This document shows, piece by piece, positions 20,112-30,689 of a DNA stretch of 40,296 nucleotides (positions within the stretch are counted from its first letter, which is position 1; every line of letters begins with the position of its first letter). The DNA is taken from the IMG/VR virus record IMGVR_UViG_2585427770_000004; one strand, given 5' to 3'. Source of the stretch: a virus. Its lineage: Duplodnaviria; Heunggongvirae; Uroviricota; Caudoviricetes. The notes under the pieces were generated by a model. The model saw only the letters and a program-made list of their open reading frames with translations. It searched no databases and was not told the origin of the DNA. Both the position numbers and the translations under genes were made by a program.

Positions 20112-22310
20112 TTACTGCTGTGGTTGTTGCTGAGTTGATTTTTGCAGGATGCTGCTGATGTCCATGCGCTGCGCATGGACCTGTGCCTGACTTTTCAGGA
20201 CAAGCTCTGCATCAGCACGGGCATTGTCTCCTTGCTGTTGCTGGAACTGTCCGAGCAGTTTCAGAGCCTCGCGGATATCAGATTTCTGCTGGCTATCAGC
20301 AGATGCGAGGATTTTCACAACGTTTGCCGCTGCAACCTGAGCATCAGTCTGTGCCTGGAATGCTTTAACCTGAATGGCTGCCTGCTCGTTCTGCGCTTTC
20401 TGCAATTCAGCCTGACCAGCAAGAAGCTGACCTTGCGCAGCAACCATAGCCGGATCTGGCTGACTGGCCTGTTGTTGTTTCGCCTGCTCAACCATCTGCT
20501 GTTCTTCTGGCGTTCTCGGCTTGATAACTCCAGACAGAAGCAACTGATTGCGGTTGTATTCTTTAAGGTCGTCCATCCCTTCGCCGTCCATATTGTCGAG
20601 GATCATCGACGATACAAGGTCGTGTTTCGGCGTTCCTGGCGGGATAAGTGCCAGCATGGAAAGTAACGACTTAACCGTTGCGTCACGGCGAGTAGCGAAC
20701 GACTGACCGACATCGACAGTCACTTCATAGTTACCCTGAGAAAGGTCGTTAAGCGCGATAACCTGCCCTGTCTGACGGTCAACCACTTCACCAGTCATCA
20801 GCGCCACGTCATCGCTGCCGTCCTCATTAACGATACGCATCGGCGTATCACTACCATAGACCTCACGTGCCATAGAAAGCCACACGACGCCAGCGCGGCG
20901 CATGGATTTAGCCATGTTGTCCATGTAGATATAGGACTGCGTGTCCATCCGGTTAAAGATGCTATCAACGGTATCGGTAGCGACGTTGCTCGGCATGTTC
21001 TCAAGCTGCGACGCACCTGTAATTTGCTGAATAGCCGTTCCGGTGTACTGCAATAGCCCGGCAAGAGCAGGAGGCATTTGTGTCGGAGGTGTATAACTGC
21101 TGACCTGAGCCTGCGCAGTAATATCTCCGTTTTTGTTTTTCAGACTGACCATCGGCAGGAACGCCGGGCGCTTTTTGTTGCGCTCCGCCCAATGAGTGGC
21201 AAGAGGACCAGGAATCATGTCAACATCAACTACAGGAATGCCATCACCGCCAGCCTGAGTAGCGTTATCTGCAATCATGGAAACCATCAGGTTCTCAAGA
21301 CGCTGTGCATCCATCGCTTTTGCTGCGTGGCCTTCGATTCGCTCCTGATTATCAACAAATGAACGACGCCCATATACCGGGATGAGAGGAATATGTTCGC
21401 CCGGAATACGCTTAGGTTCTTCCAGCCATTCAGCGCCAGACAGAAGACCGCAATAAACTCGGCGTTTCTTCACCGTTCGCTCGCCAATCAGTTCGAATGC
21501 ACCATCGGTCAGCTCGTCGACAATATCTTTGATTTGCTCTTCATCATAGATTGCCGTTTCTCCGCTGACAGGGTTACGCCATGCTGTGAGCTTCACCTTC
21601 TCTATGCGGACTTCGTAGTAACGTCCAACATAGATAGCGTCAGGCGTTGACCAGTCATACTGAGTACCAGTGTCATCACGAGAAAGACTTGCCGCGATGG
21701 AATCAGGGTATTCAGCCTCGAACGCTTTAGGCGTCATGGAGAACATTTCCATAGCCCACATAGCATCAGAGCGGTCATATTGCTTGCTGTCCTGATCGAA
21801 GAATACGCATGTCGCTGGGTCGTAAACAGGAAGAAGGCTGATGCGGCGCTGCTCGTTACTCGGATCCATTTCATCTTCGTAATCGGCACACATGCGGAAA
21901 CAACCGAATCCGCCCGTTACAGCATCATCAAATGCGTTATCACACGCTTCGCCACCGGATGTTTCCTGATAGTCAGCGCGGAATTTGCCGTTCATCTTTT
22001 CGGCTAACGCTTCCGATGCCTTGTCATCCTTCGGCCTGAATTTAACGCTGATGCGATTCTGTCGATACTCGCCAATGATGCGATCACATTCACGGGCAAT
22101 CTTATTCAGTTCAAAACGCGGATAATGCTCAAACCTGCCTTCATCAAATGAGTAACCAGCGTTTGTGCTGCCTTCCCACTGTGCGCCGGATACCCGGACG
22201 AAACGTTGAGCCTCAATAATCTGCTCACGCATATCCTGCGTTGCTGACCAGGCATTATCAAAGTTGCATAGCACCTTGCGATGCCAGTCAGTCATCTTTT
22301 TTTCTGCCAT
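20112..22310 (-). CDS. Portal protein gp1
   Basis: 732 aa; motifs PGEHIPLIPVYG and PRTPEEQQ match P22 portal AGEHIPIVPVFG and PETPEEQQW; Q-rich C-terminal barrel region. Confidence 0.9.
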   Translation of the reverse strand: MAEKKMTDWHRKVLCNFDNAWSATQDMREQIIEAQRFVRVSGAQWEGSTNAGYSFDEGRFEHYPRFELNKIARECDRIIGEYRQNRISVKFRPKDDKASEALAEKMNGKFRADYQETSGGEACDNAFDDAVTGGFGCFRMCADYEDEMDPSNEQRRISLLPVYDPATCVFFDQDSKQYDRSDAMWAMEMFSMTPKAFEAEYPDSIAASLSRDDTGTQYDWSTPDAIYVGRYYEVRIEKVKLTAWRNPVSGETAIYDEEQIKDIVDELTDGAFELIGERTVKKRRVYCGLLSGAEWLEEPKRIPGEHIPLIPVYGRRSFVDNQERIEGHAAKAMDAQRLENLMVSMIADNATQAGGDGIPVVDVDMIPGPLATHWAERNKKRPAFLPMVSLKNKNGDITAQAQVSSYTPPTQMPPALAGLLQYTGTAIQQITGASQLENMPSNVATDTVDSIFNRMDTQSYIYMDNMAKSMRRAGVVWLSMAREVYGSDTPMRIVNEDGSDDVALMTGEVVDRQTGQVIALNDLSQGNYEVTVDVGQSFATRRDATVKSLLSMLALIPPGTPKHDLVSSMILDNMDGEGMDDLKEYNRNQLLLSGVIKPRTPEEQQMVEQAKQQQASQPDPAMVAAQGQLLAGQAELQKAQNEQAAIQVKAFQAQTDAQVAAANVVKILASADSQQKSDIREALKLLGQFQQQQGDNARADAELVLKSQAQVHAQRMDISSILQKSTQQQPQQ

Positions 22311-22311
22311 A

Positions 22312-23727
22312 TCAACCTACACCACAAGGAATTGAGTAACTGGAATAGTCGGGTTGCGCAGCCGACTCCGGGCAATGCATACACATCATCAGAGCATCAG
22401 CCAGGTTGGGAGATGGAATACCGAGCTTCTGTTTCATTTCGACCTTAGTCATTAGCTCCAGCTTCCCGTTGTTATTGAATTTGCGCTGAATCTGCGTCAG
22501 TTCTGCAAACAGCTTCTCCAGCATATTCTCGCCTATCGCTTCTTTATCGAAACTCAGCATGTCGTCGGGGTCTGCATACTCACCGTGAACAACCGCCCGA
22601 TATGTCAGATACAGCCTGTCAGCCAGCGCGTAATAGAATTGCGCTCGCTTATTGCGGAATACATCGCCAATAGTGCGAACATTGTCGCCCTGTACGACTT
22701 CATCAGCCCATGCTCCGGCCTGATATGGCGCATCTTCATCGAATGGCGATTCGCTGCCCTTGAACATCGTGGCGGTGATTTTCTTACCGGAGAACGCTTC
22801 CGTTGTCTGTCTGCGTAGCCCGGCACCAACACCATCACCATCCCATAGGTAATGGTCAGCGCCGTCTTTAATAGCCAGCGAAGTAGCCCAGTCAGCACCA
22901 TCGTTGATGTCCATCAGCAGACCTTCGGCAATGCGCTTAACCACCGAACCGTGACGCGATGCGTAACCTTTAGCATCTGGCCCTGTATCTGACGGGTCAT
23001 GTGCAGAAACAACCGCGCCTTTCGCTTTCCATCCGAGTTTCTTGTGCGCATCGGTTGCGGCTTCAAGCCATTCACGTTTGATGATTGCCATATCACTTGC
23101 GCTTACTGGCTCACCAAGCCAGATGTGACGATACAGTGTCGGATTTCTGCGTTTACACTCTTCCATCTCCAGACGGAGAACTTCAGGAAAATGCGGGTTG
23201 TCGGTGTAGTTCACCGTCAGCAGACAAATATCATCGGGAGGATTTACAACGAATCGCTGATAGGTATCGTCGAGGATGTTTTTCGGGTTGAAGCTCACCC
23301 ATATTTCGGAAAACGGCTTGCGAATGGTTGGTATCAGAATATCCCACGATTCCTTCGTTACCGCCTCCGCTTCTTCCACCCAGCAGATATCAATACCTTC
23401 GAGCGATTTAATCTTCGTAGGGTTGTTTTTGATGCCGTAGAACATGAATTCAGCATTCGTTCCGAGATGACGAATCATTGAACGCTGAATTTCAAACTCA
23501 GCCGAATACCCTTCACGCTCGATAGTGTCTTCAAGCAACCGGATTACCGAATCACTGATACTGTTTTGCAGTTCACGAGCACAGAGGATGCGCACCGGCT
23601 GCCGACGCGCCGCTTCAACAAGCAGCCTCGCAATTGCCCATGATTTACCGCTACCTCGACCGCCTTTGGCGACTTTGTAGCGATGCGCCTCAATGAACGG
23701 TTCAAAGATAGGATTAATCGAGGTCAT
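22312..23727 (-). CDS. Terminase large subunit gp2
   Basis: 471 aa; Walker A-like KGGRGSGKSWAIARLL near the N-terminus; size as Sf6 TerL. Confidence 0.9.
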   Translation of the reverse strand: MTSINPIFEPFIEAHRYKVAKGGRGSGKSWAIARLLVEAARRQPVRILCARELQNSISDSVIRLLEDTIEREGYSAEFEIQRSMIRHLGTNAEFMFYGIKNNPTKIKSLEGIDICWVEEAEAVTKESWDILIPTIRKPFSEIWVSFNPKNILDDTYQRFVVNPPDDICLLTVNYTDNPHFPEVLRLEMEECKRRNPTLYRHIWLGEPVSASDMAIIKREWLEAATDAHKKLGWKAKGAVVSAHDPSDTGPDAKGYASRHGSVVKRIAEGLLMDINDGADWATSLAIKDGADHYLWDGDGVGAGLRRQTTEAFSGKKITATMFKGSESPFDEDAPYQAGAWADEVVQGDNVRTIGDVFRNKRAQFYYALADRLYLTYRAVVHGEYADPDDMLSFDKEAIGENMLEKLFAELTQIQRKFNNNGKLELMTKVEMKQKLGIPSPNLADALMMCMHCPESAAQPDYSSYSIPCGVG

Positions 23728-24149
23728 TTTCCGAATAGAGTGCTCATCGGTGATGTTTCAATCTGGATTGCGCCGCCGTCTTTGCCGACAAGCTCATTAG
23801 TTACCTTGTCGCCATACTTACGTGGATTCATTCGGGCCAGCGCCCATTTGCGGGTATCAACGCGAAGTCTTGCCTTTGCCACCTCAGCAGCATCTGGAAT
23901 CGCATTGTCAGCAATTTCGAATATCTCTTCGAAAATAGAATCAGCTCGTGCCTCAGTTGCCTTCGCGTACTTGTCTCTAAATTCGTCATGCTCTGACAGC
24001 CAGCGAAATACAGTAGCCTTTGCTGGCATGCCGGGGCGCTTGCAAACCTTAACCAGACTTTCCCCGGAGGCAAGCAGCGCACAGATATCATCAGCCACCT
24101 CCGGCAGGTAATCCGAAGGGCGACCGACGTTCTTTTTCTCAGTCGCCAT
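23724..24149 (-). CDS. Terminase small subunit gp3
   Basis: 141 aa; MATEKKNVGRPSDYLPEVADDICALLASGESLVKVCKRPGMP... matches Sf6-type TerS as recalled; overlaps TerL start. Confidence 0.85.
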   Translation of the reverse strand: MATEKKNVGRPSDYLPEVADDICALLASGESLVKVCKRPGMPAKATVFRWLSEHDEFRDKYAKATEARADSIFEEIFEIADNAIPDAAEVAKARLRVDTRKWALARMNPRKYGDKVTNELVGKDGGAIQIETSPMSTLFGK

Positions 24150-24228
24150 ATTGATTATTTCCCTTCTGCTTGCTTATCCCATTCATCGCGGAATTTGGAT
24201 GGGTTGTCGAAACCTTGAGTTGCCATGT

Positions 24229-24471
24229 TTATGCTCCGGTAGTGAACAGGTCTAACGCTTCCTTCGATTTACGCACCGCTTCGATAGTGCGGGTCGTGAT
24301 ATCCGAATTAGCGCCGCCTGACTGGAAGTGAATTTTGAATAGCTCAAGCTTCAGCTCGTCAGTACCAATGAACTGAAATGCTTCCTCTGCTGCTGCGTTC
24401 TGGTTCATGACCAGTTTGTAAATCTCTAGCTGGAATTTCTGTTCTTCAGTCATGGGAATAATCTCTGCCAT
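24229..24471 (-). CDS. Hypothetical protein upstream of terminase
   Basis: 80 aa ORF with RBS, first gene of the packaging cluster. Confidence 0.5.
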   Translation of the reverse strand: MAEIIPMTEEQKFQLEIYKLVMNQNAAAEEAFQFIGTDELKLELFKIHFQSGGANSDITTRTIEAVRKSKEALDLFTTGA

Positions 24472-24824
24472 TGTTGGCTCCGTTTATCCGTTAAAAGGGA
24501 TATCAGTTAAGTTATCCCGTGCAGGGTATAAGCCATTGTCGAGACCACTCATTGAATGGCCTCTGCAATAACCGATGTCTTTCCATCAGTCCGCCACCAC
24601 AAAGAATCTTTTTTTGCCATAAGGCAGGAGGTTTATCTTTCAGTGGCTGCCAGTGTTATTTCCCCACTTTCTGGCTTGGGTTGTTTCGCTGTACTGCCGC
24701 AACTGGTGGTGCACAGATTTAGTTAAATCTGTTCTCGCCTGAACTATCTTTTACATACCCGGATTGTGGGGATGTAAATCACGGTTTCATTATCAAGCCC
24801 ACCCGTAGATGGGTTTTGGAATGG

Positions 24825-25343
24825 TCACTTTGGCAGTCCGGGGATCGATATTTGCGCCTGCTGCTCAAGCCTTTCGATTCTTGCTATGAGTTGCGGTTTT
24901 TTGATCCTGCCCCAGCGGTTCAGCAAGCGTCCTGACATACTGGCAACATCCTTTTCCTTCATGAACTCCAGCATTAACTCGTTGTGCTCTCTTTGGTATG
25001 AGTGAGCCATCTCCATCAGCCTGTCACGCATCCAATTAAATGCTTTGATAAACGCCTCTTTGATGGCGGCAGCTTTTTTGCCGGTAAACGACATGATGAT
25101 GTACATCGCGCCGTCTTTGGAAATTTCATATTCAACATACTGATTACCCTTGTGTTCATAGGTAACCCGCGAAAAGTTGCTGGTTAGAAATTCATCCGAA
25201 CAGTCTAGCTTTTCGATTTTCTGAATGATGTGGTGATGCTGCTTGTCGAAGTAAGCTGCTACCTTGCGGGAGGTTGTGATCACGCGATCACCAGAAACAA
25301 CCACCATGTCCCGGAAATCGAGATTAGCCAATTGATGATTCAT
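24825..25343 (-). CDS. Rha-family phage regulatory protein
   Basis: 172 aa from internal ATG at 25343 (RBS AAGG upstream); MNHQLANLDFRDMVVVSGDRVITTSRKVAAYFDKQHHHIIQKIEKL matches the Phage_pRha N-terminal domain. Confidence 0.7.
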   Translation of the reverse strand: MNHQLANLDFRDMVVVSGDRVITTSRKVAAYFDKQHHHIIQKIEKLDCSDEFLTSNFSRVTYEHKGNQYVEYEISKDGAMYIIMSFTGKKAAAIKEAFIKAFNWMRDRLMEMAHSYQREHNELMLEFMKEKDVASMSGRLLNRWGRIKKPQLIARIERLEQQAQISIPGLPK

Positions 25344-25542
25344 AGCGTCTTTACCTTTTAGAAAGTGAGCCTGTCTCACAGAAAAGCCGCCCGAGAGAGG
25401 TCGCCACCTATAACGGCATTTCTCAGGCTCGCTTACTGAAAGGCTCTCGTTAATATGCGCGTGAGATGCGCTGTGAAATTCAGATATAAAAAAGCCCAGC
25501 ACCGCGAGGCTCATTAAATGGACTTTGTGATTTGCAAAAAAA

Positions 25543-25980
25543 TTATTTCAGGCATTGCGTCCTGATGTACTCCTGCAGGTAGTTAACCTGCGCGGTTATC
25601 TTGTCGATTCCACTTCTGAGACGGTAATAATTGAGTTCAGCATCTGCTGTAAGTCTTGGGCTTTCTCCATCGCCCATGCTGCTGGCTCCGGTCGTTGACT
25701 TTGCACAGGTGGCAGCGACTTGCAGGCGCTTACGACCAGCAGAAACATCATCACGGAGACTTTCGATAGTCGCGTTAGCATCAGCAAGCTCCTTTGTATA
25801 TCTGGCGTCGAGTTCTGCTACGTCACGTTGACGCTTCTGCATGTCAGCGATGATGGATGTGGCTTTATCGCGCTGCTCCTTGTAGGCGATGGCGTTATCA
25901 CGGTAATGATTAACAGCTCATAACAGGCAGACGATGATGCAGATAATCAGAGCGGAGATAATCGCGGTGACTCTGCTCAT
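25543..25980 (-). pseudogene. Rz: Rz (i-spanin) reading frame interrupted by an in-frame TGA at codon 21
   Basis: ATG at 25978-25980 overlaps the endolysin stop (ATGA); translation [38 protein letters not shown]... where lambda Rz has [11 protein letters not shown]; the stop is at 25918-25920; frame continues to 25543. Confidence 0.6.
25596..25787 (-). CDS. Rz1: Rz1 (o-spanin lipoprotein) embedded in the +1 frame of Rz
   Basis: 63 aa; lipobox LLVVSAC and proline-rich mature region, as in lambda Rz1. Confidence 0.8.
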   Translation of the reverse strand: MLMLTRLSKVSVMMFLLVVSACKSLPPVQSQRPEPAAWAMEKAQDLQQMLNSIITVSEVESTR

Positions 25981-26453
25981 ACCTCAATCTCTCTGACCGT
26001 TCCGCCTGCTTCTTTGAATTTTGAAATCAGACTGTCAGCCTTATGCTCGAACTGACCATAACCAGCCCCGGGCAACGAAGCCCAGATATTGCTGCAACGG
26101 TCGATTGCCTGACGGATATCACCGCGATCAATCATCGGCAAAGCGCCACGCTCTTTAATCTGTTGCAATGCCACAGCGTCCTGGCTTTTCGGAGAGAAGT
26201 CTTTCAGGCCAAGCTGCTTACGGTATGCATCCCACCAACGTGAAAGAAGCTGGTAACGTCCGGCGGCTGTTGATTTGAGTTTGGGGTTTAGCGTGACAAG
26301 TTTGCGAGGGTGATCGGAGTAATCAGTGAATAGCTCTCCGCCAACAATGACGTCATAACCATGATTTCTGGTTTTCTGACGTCCGTTATCAGTTCCCTCT
26401 GACCACGCCAGCATATCGAGGAACGCCTTACGTTGATTATTGATTTCCACCAT
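25977..26453 (-). CDS. R: Endolysin R (lambda-type lytic transglycosylase)
   Basis: 158 aa, same length as lambda R; [39 protein letters not shown] matches lambda R as recalled. Confidence 0.9.
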   Translation of the reverse strand: MVEINNQRKAFLDMLAWSEGTDNGRQKTRNHGYDVIVGGELFTDYSDHPRKLVTLNPKLKSTAAGRYQLLSRWWDAYRKQLGLKDFSPKSQDAVALQQIKERGALPMIDRGDIRQAIDRCSNIWASLPGAGYGQFEHKADSLISKFKEAGGTVREIEV

Positions 26454-26760
26454 CTTCTACTCCGGCTTTTTTAGCAGCGAAGCGTTTGATAAGCGAACCA
26501 ATCGAGTCAGTACCGATGTAGCCGATGAACACGCTCGTTATATAAGCGAGATTGCTACTTAGTCCGGCGAAGTCGAGAAGGTCACGAATGAACCAGGCGA
26601 TAATGGCGCACATCGTTGCGTCGATTACTGTTTTTGTAAACGCACCGCCATTATATCTGCCGCGAAGGTACGCCATTGCAAACGCAAGGATTGCCCCGAT
26701 GCCTTGTTCCTTTGCCGCGAGAATGGCGGCTAACAGGTCATGTTTTTCTGGCATCTTCAT
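26437..26760 (-). CDS. S: Holin S (lambda class I holin with dual-start motif)
   Basis: 107 aa [39 protein letters not shown]..., essentially lambda S as recalled; Met1-Lys2-Met3 dual start. Confidence 0.9.
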   Translation of the reverse strand: MKMPEKHDLLAAILAAKEQGIGAILAFAMAYLRGRYNGGAFTKTVIDATMCAIIAWFIRDLLDFAGLSSNLAYITSVFIGYIGTDSIGSLIKRFAAKKAGVEDGGNQ

Positions 26761-27269
26761 GTCTTACCCCCAATAAGGGGATTTGCTCTATTTAATTAGG
26801 AATAAGGTCGATTACTGATAGAACAAATCCAGGCTACTGTGTTTAGTAATCAGATTTGTTCGTGACCGATATGCACGGGCAAAACGGCATGAGGTTGTTA
26901 GCGCAACCCCTTGCCACCCGCTTTCACGAAGATCATGTGTAGAAGGCCGCAGCGTAACTATCACTGATGAATTCAGGATAGCCAGTGGCTACGGCTCAGT
27001 TTGGGTTGTGGCGGCCGGAATCGAACCGGCTTCCATCGGTGCGCTGCCGATTGCAGTACGCGCGGCGGTCAGCTACATGACTAGTATTTTCACTGTCGCC
27101 TATCTGCTAGCTCGCCATTGAGCTTCACCACAACGATAAGAGCACTGCGCGGCACCTTTCACCAATTCCGCGAGGTCTGCGGGTTCAATGCTCTTACCTG
27201 TTGTGCAAACAAAAAAAGCCACCGTTGCAACTTAAGAGTCACTAACGGCAGCTTACCTTCTAATTATGG
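26761..27269 (-). promoter_or_regulatory. Late-operon leader between Q-like gene and S: candidate pR', Q-utilisation site and tR'
   Basis: Minus strand is largely collinear with the recalled lambda region upstream of S (GCACAACAGGTAAGAGCATTGA ... CACAACCCAAACTGAGCCGTAGCC ... CCTGAATTCAT ... ATGAAGATGCC) and has GGTGGCTTTTTTTG about 50 nt after the Q-like stop. Confidence 0.6.
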
Positions 27270-27788
27270 CTAAATGGCTAATTGCATGTCAAGGCTTTTA
27301 ACAGCAACATGCTTAACTTTCTCAACACGTTTACGCATTTTGAAAGCATTTTGCATCGGCTGGTATAAAACAAATAATGACGCTTTCAGGATGTCGTCAA
27401 TTTCGTTTCTACAGGTTGCCAGTGAAGGTTTTCTCCATCCCTCGCCACCACGTCCACACATCTTGCGTGGCTTTGCAGTCGCGTGATAGTAGGATGCAAT
27501 TGCTCGCTTAGATGAACCATGAGCGTAGTAGCTGAGGAGGATGCCAAAGGCTTTTTTGTCAATGTACATGACGGAATCGACGACCTGAGAAATCAACATT
27601 CCATCATCATCATTGCACATTGGCCTTGTCATAACTCTTCCCGGCTCTACGCTCTCCATGAACTTCGCTATTACGCTGCTCATGCGCTTTTCCAGACGAC
27701 CTGAATAAACCCATGCGCCCCACAGTTCAAGCCAGCCATTCAGCCACTCGTGCTGCTCTTTGGTGAGGTTTAGTTCTCTTATGCCCAT
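27270..27788 (-). CDS. Late-gene antiterminator Q-like protein (positional assignment)
   Basis: 172 aa immediately upstream of the late leader and holin and downstream of ninH/ninI; Cys-containing, basic C-terminus; not the lambda Q sequence as recalled. Confidence 0.5.
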   Translation of the reverse strand: MGIRELNLTKEQHEWLNGWLELWGAWVYSGRLEKRMSSVIAKFMESVEPGRVMTRPMCNDDDGMLISQVVDSVMYIDKKAFGILLSYYAHGSSKRAIASYYHATAKPRKMCGRGGEGWRKPSLATCRNEIDDILKASLFVLYQPMQNAFKMRKRVEKVKHVAVKSLDMQLAI

Positions 27789-28450
27789 GCGCCTTCTCCC
27801 TGTACCTGAATCAATGTGAGGTTTCCGCAGAACACTGCGCCGGTATCGATATACATCTGGTTGGCAAACTTGAGTGGTTTCACTGCTGGCGTATGACCAA
27901 AGATGAACGTGTCCGCTCCTTTGATTTCTTTCACGATCCCGTCTTGTGAGTTGCTGATTCGTTCGCGGTTCCAGATTACCTGCTGATGATCAACTGGCTT
28001 TCCAAACTCGTATTCGTCACAAGGATAATCGGCGTGGCAGATGACATATTTTTTACCTTTACTCACCAGTTCGATGATTAACGGAAGTTCATCTGCTTTA
28101 TGGGCAAGAGCTTTAGCCAGAATTTCTTTGTCGTAATCGATATTAAAGAACCAGCCACCGCCATTAAGCAGCCAGTGATTGACGTTTCCACGCTCTGATA
28201 AGCCATCAATCATCATTTGCTCATGGTTTCCACGTACAGCTCTGAACCAGGGGAATGTGATTAATTCCAGGCATTCGACGTTCTCTGTACCGCGGTCAAC
28301 CAAATCGCCAACCGAGATAAGCAGGTCTTTTTTGGTGTCGAATCCTATCGTCTCCAGTTTTTTCATCAGGTTCGTGTAGCATCCGTGCAGATCGCCAACT
28401 ACCCAAATATTTCGGTATTTGCTGCCATCAATTCTTTCGTAATAGCGCAT
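27779..28450 (-). CDS. ninI: Ser/Thr protein phosphatase NinI (lambda phosphatase family)
   Basis: From internal ATG at 28450: [59 protein letters not shown]... with GDLHG, GDLVDRG and GNHE metallophosphatase motifs; near-identical to lambda phosphatase as recalled. Confidence 0.9.
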   Translation of the reverse strand: MRYYERIDGSKYRNIWVVGDLHGCYTNLMKKLETIGFDTKKDLLISVGDLVDRGTENVECLELITFPWFRAVRGNHEQMMIDGLSERGNVNHWLLNGGGWFFNIDYDKEILAKALAHKADELPLIIELVSKGKKYVICHADYPCDEYEFGKPVDHQQVIWNRERISNSQDGIVKEIKGADTFIFGHTPAVKPLKFANQMYIDTGAVFCGNLTLIQVQGEGAWA

Positions 28451-28634
28451 CTCTTTCACTCCATCCGCGATGAACCATGAGAACGTCGTTGACGATGGCG
28501 TGCATTTTCCCGTCTTTATCATCAACGTATTTTCTGACCGTACCGCGACTACATTTCAGTCTGCGTGCTACTTCTGTCTGGTTTCCGTATGCTTCAACGA
28601 GCATGTCTGGAATGGTTTTTACTGAGAACGTCAT
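28428..28634 (-). CDS. ninH: NinH
   Basis: 68 aa [43 protein letters not shown]..., matches lambda NinH as recalled. Confidence 0.85.
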   Translation of the reverse strand: MTFSVKTIPDMLVEAYGNQTEVARRLKCSRGTVRKYVDDKDGKMHAIVNDVLMVHRGWSERDALLRKN

Positions 28635-29242
28635 GCGGCCTCACTTCTGCTGTTTCGCAGTTTTTTAAGTTTCTGTTGATACTCCGCCTTGATGGCCCTG
28701 CACTCTTCGACAGTCCAGCGATGGCGGTTATGGTTTGATTCGATTTCGTCTACTGCTTCCTGCCCGATGCGGTTAATCAGTTCGACGCGATACGGAACGA
28801 GATTTCCGCTTTTGTGCTGGTTGCACACCACGCATTGCTTGTGAATATTGCGTTCATCAAATCGGAGTTGAGGCGCCGCAGCAGTTGTCCGGTAATGCCC
28901 GGCATCCCACTGAGCAGACGTGAGCGTTCCGCACGAGATACATGGTAAGTCGCGGTCTCTTTCTCTGATGAAGGCGTTTACGGCTTGTTGGGCTTGTTTA
29001 ATCCAGTAACTGCGGGGCTTTAAGGCGAGTTTTCGAATCTTAAGTTTATCTTTCTGTTTCTGCTCCTCTCGTCGCCGTTTCTTCTCTGCTGCTTTTTCCG
29101 CTTTTTCGCGTTCTTTGCTTCGTCGTTCGAGTGCTATCTTTGTTCCACACTCTGGAGAGCACCACCACTGATTAGCGAATGCAGGGTGAAACCATTCCCG
29201 ACATTCTTCGTTTTTACATCGTCTTCGCGCTGGTTTAGCCAT
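28631..29242 (-). CDS. ninG: NinG (Rap-family recombination protein)
   Basis: 203 aa [35 protein letters not shown]..., matches lambda NinG as recalled. Confidence 0.85.
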   Translation of the reverse strand: MAKPARRRCKNEECREWFHPAFANQWWCSPECGTKIALERRSKEREKAEKAAEKKRRREEQKQKDKLKIRKLALKPRSYWIKQAQQAVNAFIRERDRDLPCISCGTLTSAQWDAGHYRTTAAAPQLRFDERNIHKQCVVCNQHKSGNLVPYRVELINRIGQEAVDEIESNHNRHRWTVEECRAIKAEYQQKLKKLRNSRSEAA

Positions 29243-29411
29243 CGTATTCTTCCTCGTACATTGAGCTATTCGGATCGCTCATCAGTTCTGCGCAACAGTG
29301 CTCACACACGTGAACTTCCAGCACATGCAGCTTCTGACCGCAGTTAGCGCACGTTAAAGCTCGCTCGACGCTTTCTTTCTGGTATTGAAGAGATTGGGAT
29401 GGATTAAGCAT
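29235..29411 (-). CDS. ninF: NinF
   Basis: 58 aa [58 protein letters not shown], absent from the ORF track (under 60 aa); matches lambda NinF. Confidence 0.8.
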   Translation of the reverse strand: MLNPSQSLQYQKESVERALTCANCGQKLHVLEVHVCEHCCAELMSDPNSSMYEEEYDG

Positions 29412-29769
29412 TATTGGCGTCCTGCATCATGAGAAAGACAATCATGGCAGCGCGGAGTGGGTTTTCATCTTGAGTCATATGATATGGGGTACTATCACTG
29501 CCAACTTTTCTATGCACTGCCTTCCATAATCCATTTTCTGGCGCTGGAATAATGCCAATTCTGTTCTCTACGATAATCGGCTCTGCGTCTGATTGGCTTT
29601 TACAGTAATCAACCGTTTTTATTGCATAACCAGTTTCGTCATCCCACTCAACACCAACGATTGATGTTCCCAACTTTGCGATTTCGCAATCTTCGGGAGC
29701 AAATCCACAGCAAATTGCCACTCGCTTGTTAATTTCAAAATCACTTAACTGTGAATAATCCATTGTCAT
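29404..29769 (-). CDS. nin-region protein of unknown function (NinX position)
   Basis: 121 aa from ATG overlapping the ninE stop (ATGA); [33 protein letters not shown]... Confidence 0.5.
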   Translation of the reverse strand: MTMDYSQLSDFEINKRVAICCGFAPEDCEIAKLGTSIVGVEWDDETGYAIKTVDYCKSQSDAEPIIVENRIGIIPAPENGLWKAVHRKVGSDSTPYHMTQDENPLRAAMIVFLMMQDANNA

Positions 29770-29942
29770 TTCCTCGCACGATGTCTTAGCCACCGGATAT
29801 CCCACAGGTGAGCCGTGTAGTTGAAGGTTTTTACGTCAGATTCTTTTGGGATTGGCTTGCGTTTATTTCTGGAGCGTTTCGTTGGAAGGTATTTGCAGTT
29901 TTCGCAGATGATGTCGGTGAAACTTCGTCGCTGTCGTCTCAT
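29766..29942 (-). CDS. ninE: NinE
   Basis: 58 aa [58 protein letters not shown], absent from the ORF track; matches lambda NinE; ATGA overlap with the ninB stop. Confidence 0.8.
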   Translation of the reverse strand: MRRQRRSFTDIICENCKYLPTKRSRNKRKPIPKESDVKTFNYTAHLWDIRWLRHRARK

Positions 29943-30349
29943 TCGTACCTCCTGTCGGTAAATCTGACACCCTGACCAATAGCCCAGGCTGTTGTGTACT
30001 CGATCAGACTTGCCATACGCTTCACGCTCATCTGCGCGCTGCTTTCGCGAATGTTGACGAATTCGCCTTCAAGGCCGCGCAAAACATCAGCTTCCTGTTT
30101 TGTTGCCACTGCATGACCGCTAATCAACAAAACCTTCCACTGTTCCGGTTTTAACCATTTGCCGCACCATTGAACCTGACGAGCGATATCCGCCAGCATC
30201 GCGTGAAATTTTGCGTTCTGGTCAAGATTGCGCTTGTAGTCAGTAATGCGGATGGTGACTGGCTTGTCTTTATCGAGTGGTGTTGCGAGGATGGCATTTA
30301 TTGCGGCTTGCTGTTGTTGCTTACTTCGGAGGAAGATTGTTTGCTTCAT
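29939..30349 (-). CDS. ninB: NinB (recombination mediator)
   Basis: 136 aa; NinB-family pattern [33 protein letters not shown]; first gene of the nin block. Confidence 0.75.
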   Translation of the reverse strand: MKQTIFLRSKQQQQAAINAILATPLDKDKPVTIRITDYKRNLDQNAKFHAMLADIARQVQWCGKWLKPEQWKVLLISGHAVATKQEADVLRGLEGEFVNIRESSAQMSVKRMASLIEYTTAWAIGQGVRFTDRRYE

Positions 30350-30351
30350 CG

Positions 30352-30672
30352 TTACTCCTTCAATTTGACTCCAGCAGCGCGGATGTTTTCCTCATAAGCA
30401 TCCATTGCATCACCGAAGCCATTGGAATAATCAACAGTAAACCCTTTGGCTAATGCTTCTCTGCTGTCGATAAACTTTGGCGCGGTTATTTCAATAGCTG
30501 ATCGCGATGCCTGCCACGTTTGCCAGTGGCCTTGAACATCGACCATCACGTATTGACCACCAATATCACCACTGCCAATTTCATGGTGATTTTCAGGGTA
30601 ACGGATAAGGTCTGAGGATTCGCCTCCACGTCGCAACCAACTTTCTTCAAACTGCTTTCTTGATTCGTCCAT
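30352..30672 (-). CDS. Hypothetical protein (ren/ninA position)
   Basis: 106 aa ORF tightly packed between the membrane ORF and ninB; no family recognised. Confidence 0.45.
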   Translation of the reverse strand: MDESRKQFEESWLRRGGESSDLIRYPENHHEIGSGDIGGQYVMVDVQGHWQTWQASRSAIEITAPKFIDSREALAKGFTVDYSNGFGDAMDAYEENIRAAGVKLKE

Positions 30673-30689
30673 CGATACTTACCCTCAGT

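Noticed and set aside
24825-25514. 229-aa extended form of the Rha-like ORF (also the extended forms of erf at 37137 and ninI at 28525)
   Set aside because: The N-terminal extensions are low-complexity or odd in composition and lack an RBS; internal ATGs with RBS give products that match the known family N-termini
25344-25542. Possible terminator after Rz (GC-rich segment next to a T-run)
   Set aside because: No convincing complementary stem could be paired by eye
26990-27060. Possible tRNA gene between Q and S (GGTTCGATTCC T-loop-like motif)
   Set aside because: Only a T-arm/acceptor-like 3' fragment could be found by eye, with no complementary 5' acceptor strand or anticodon arm; kept only as a note under the late-leader finding
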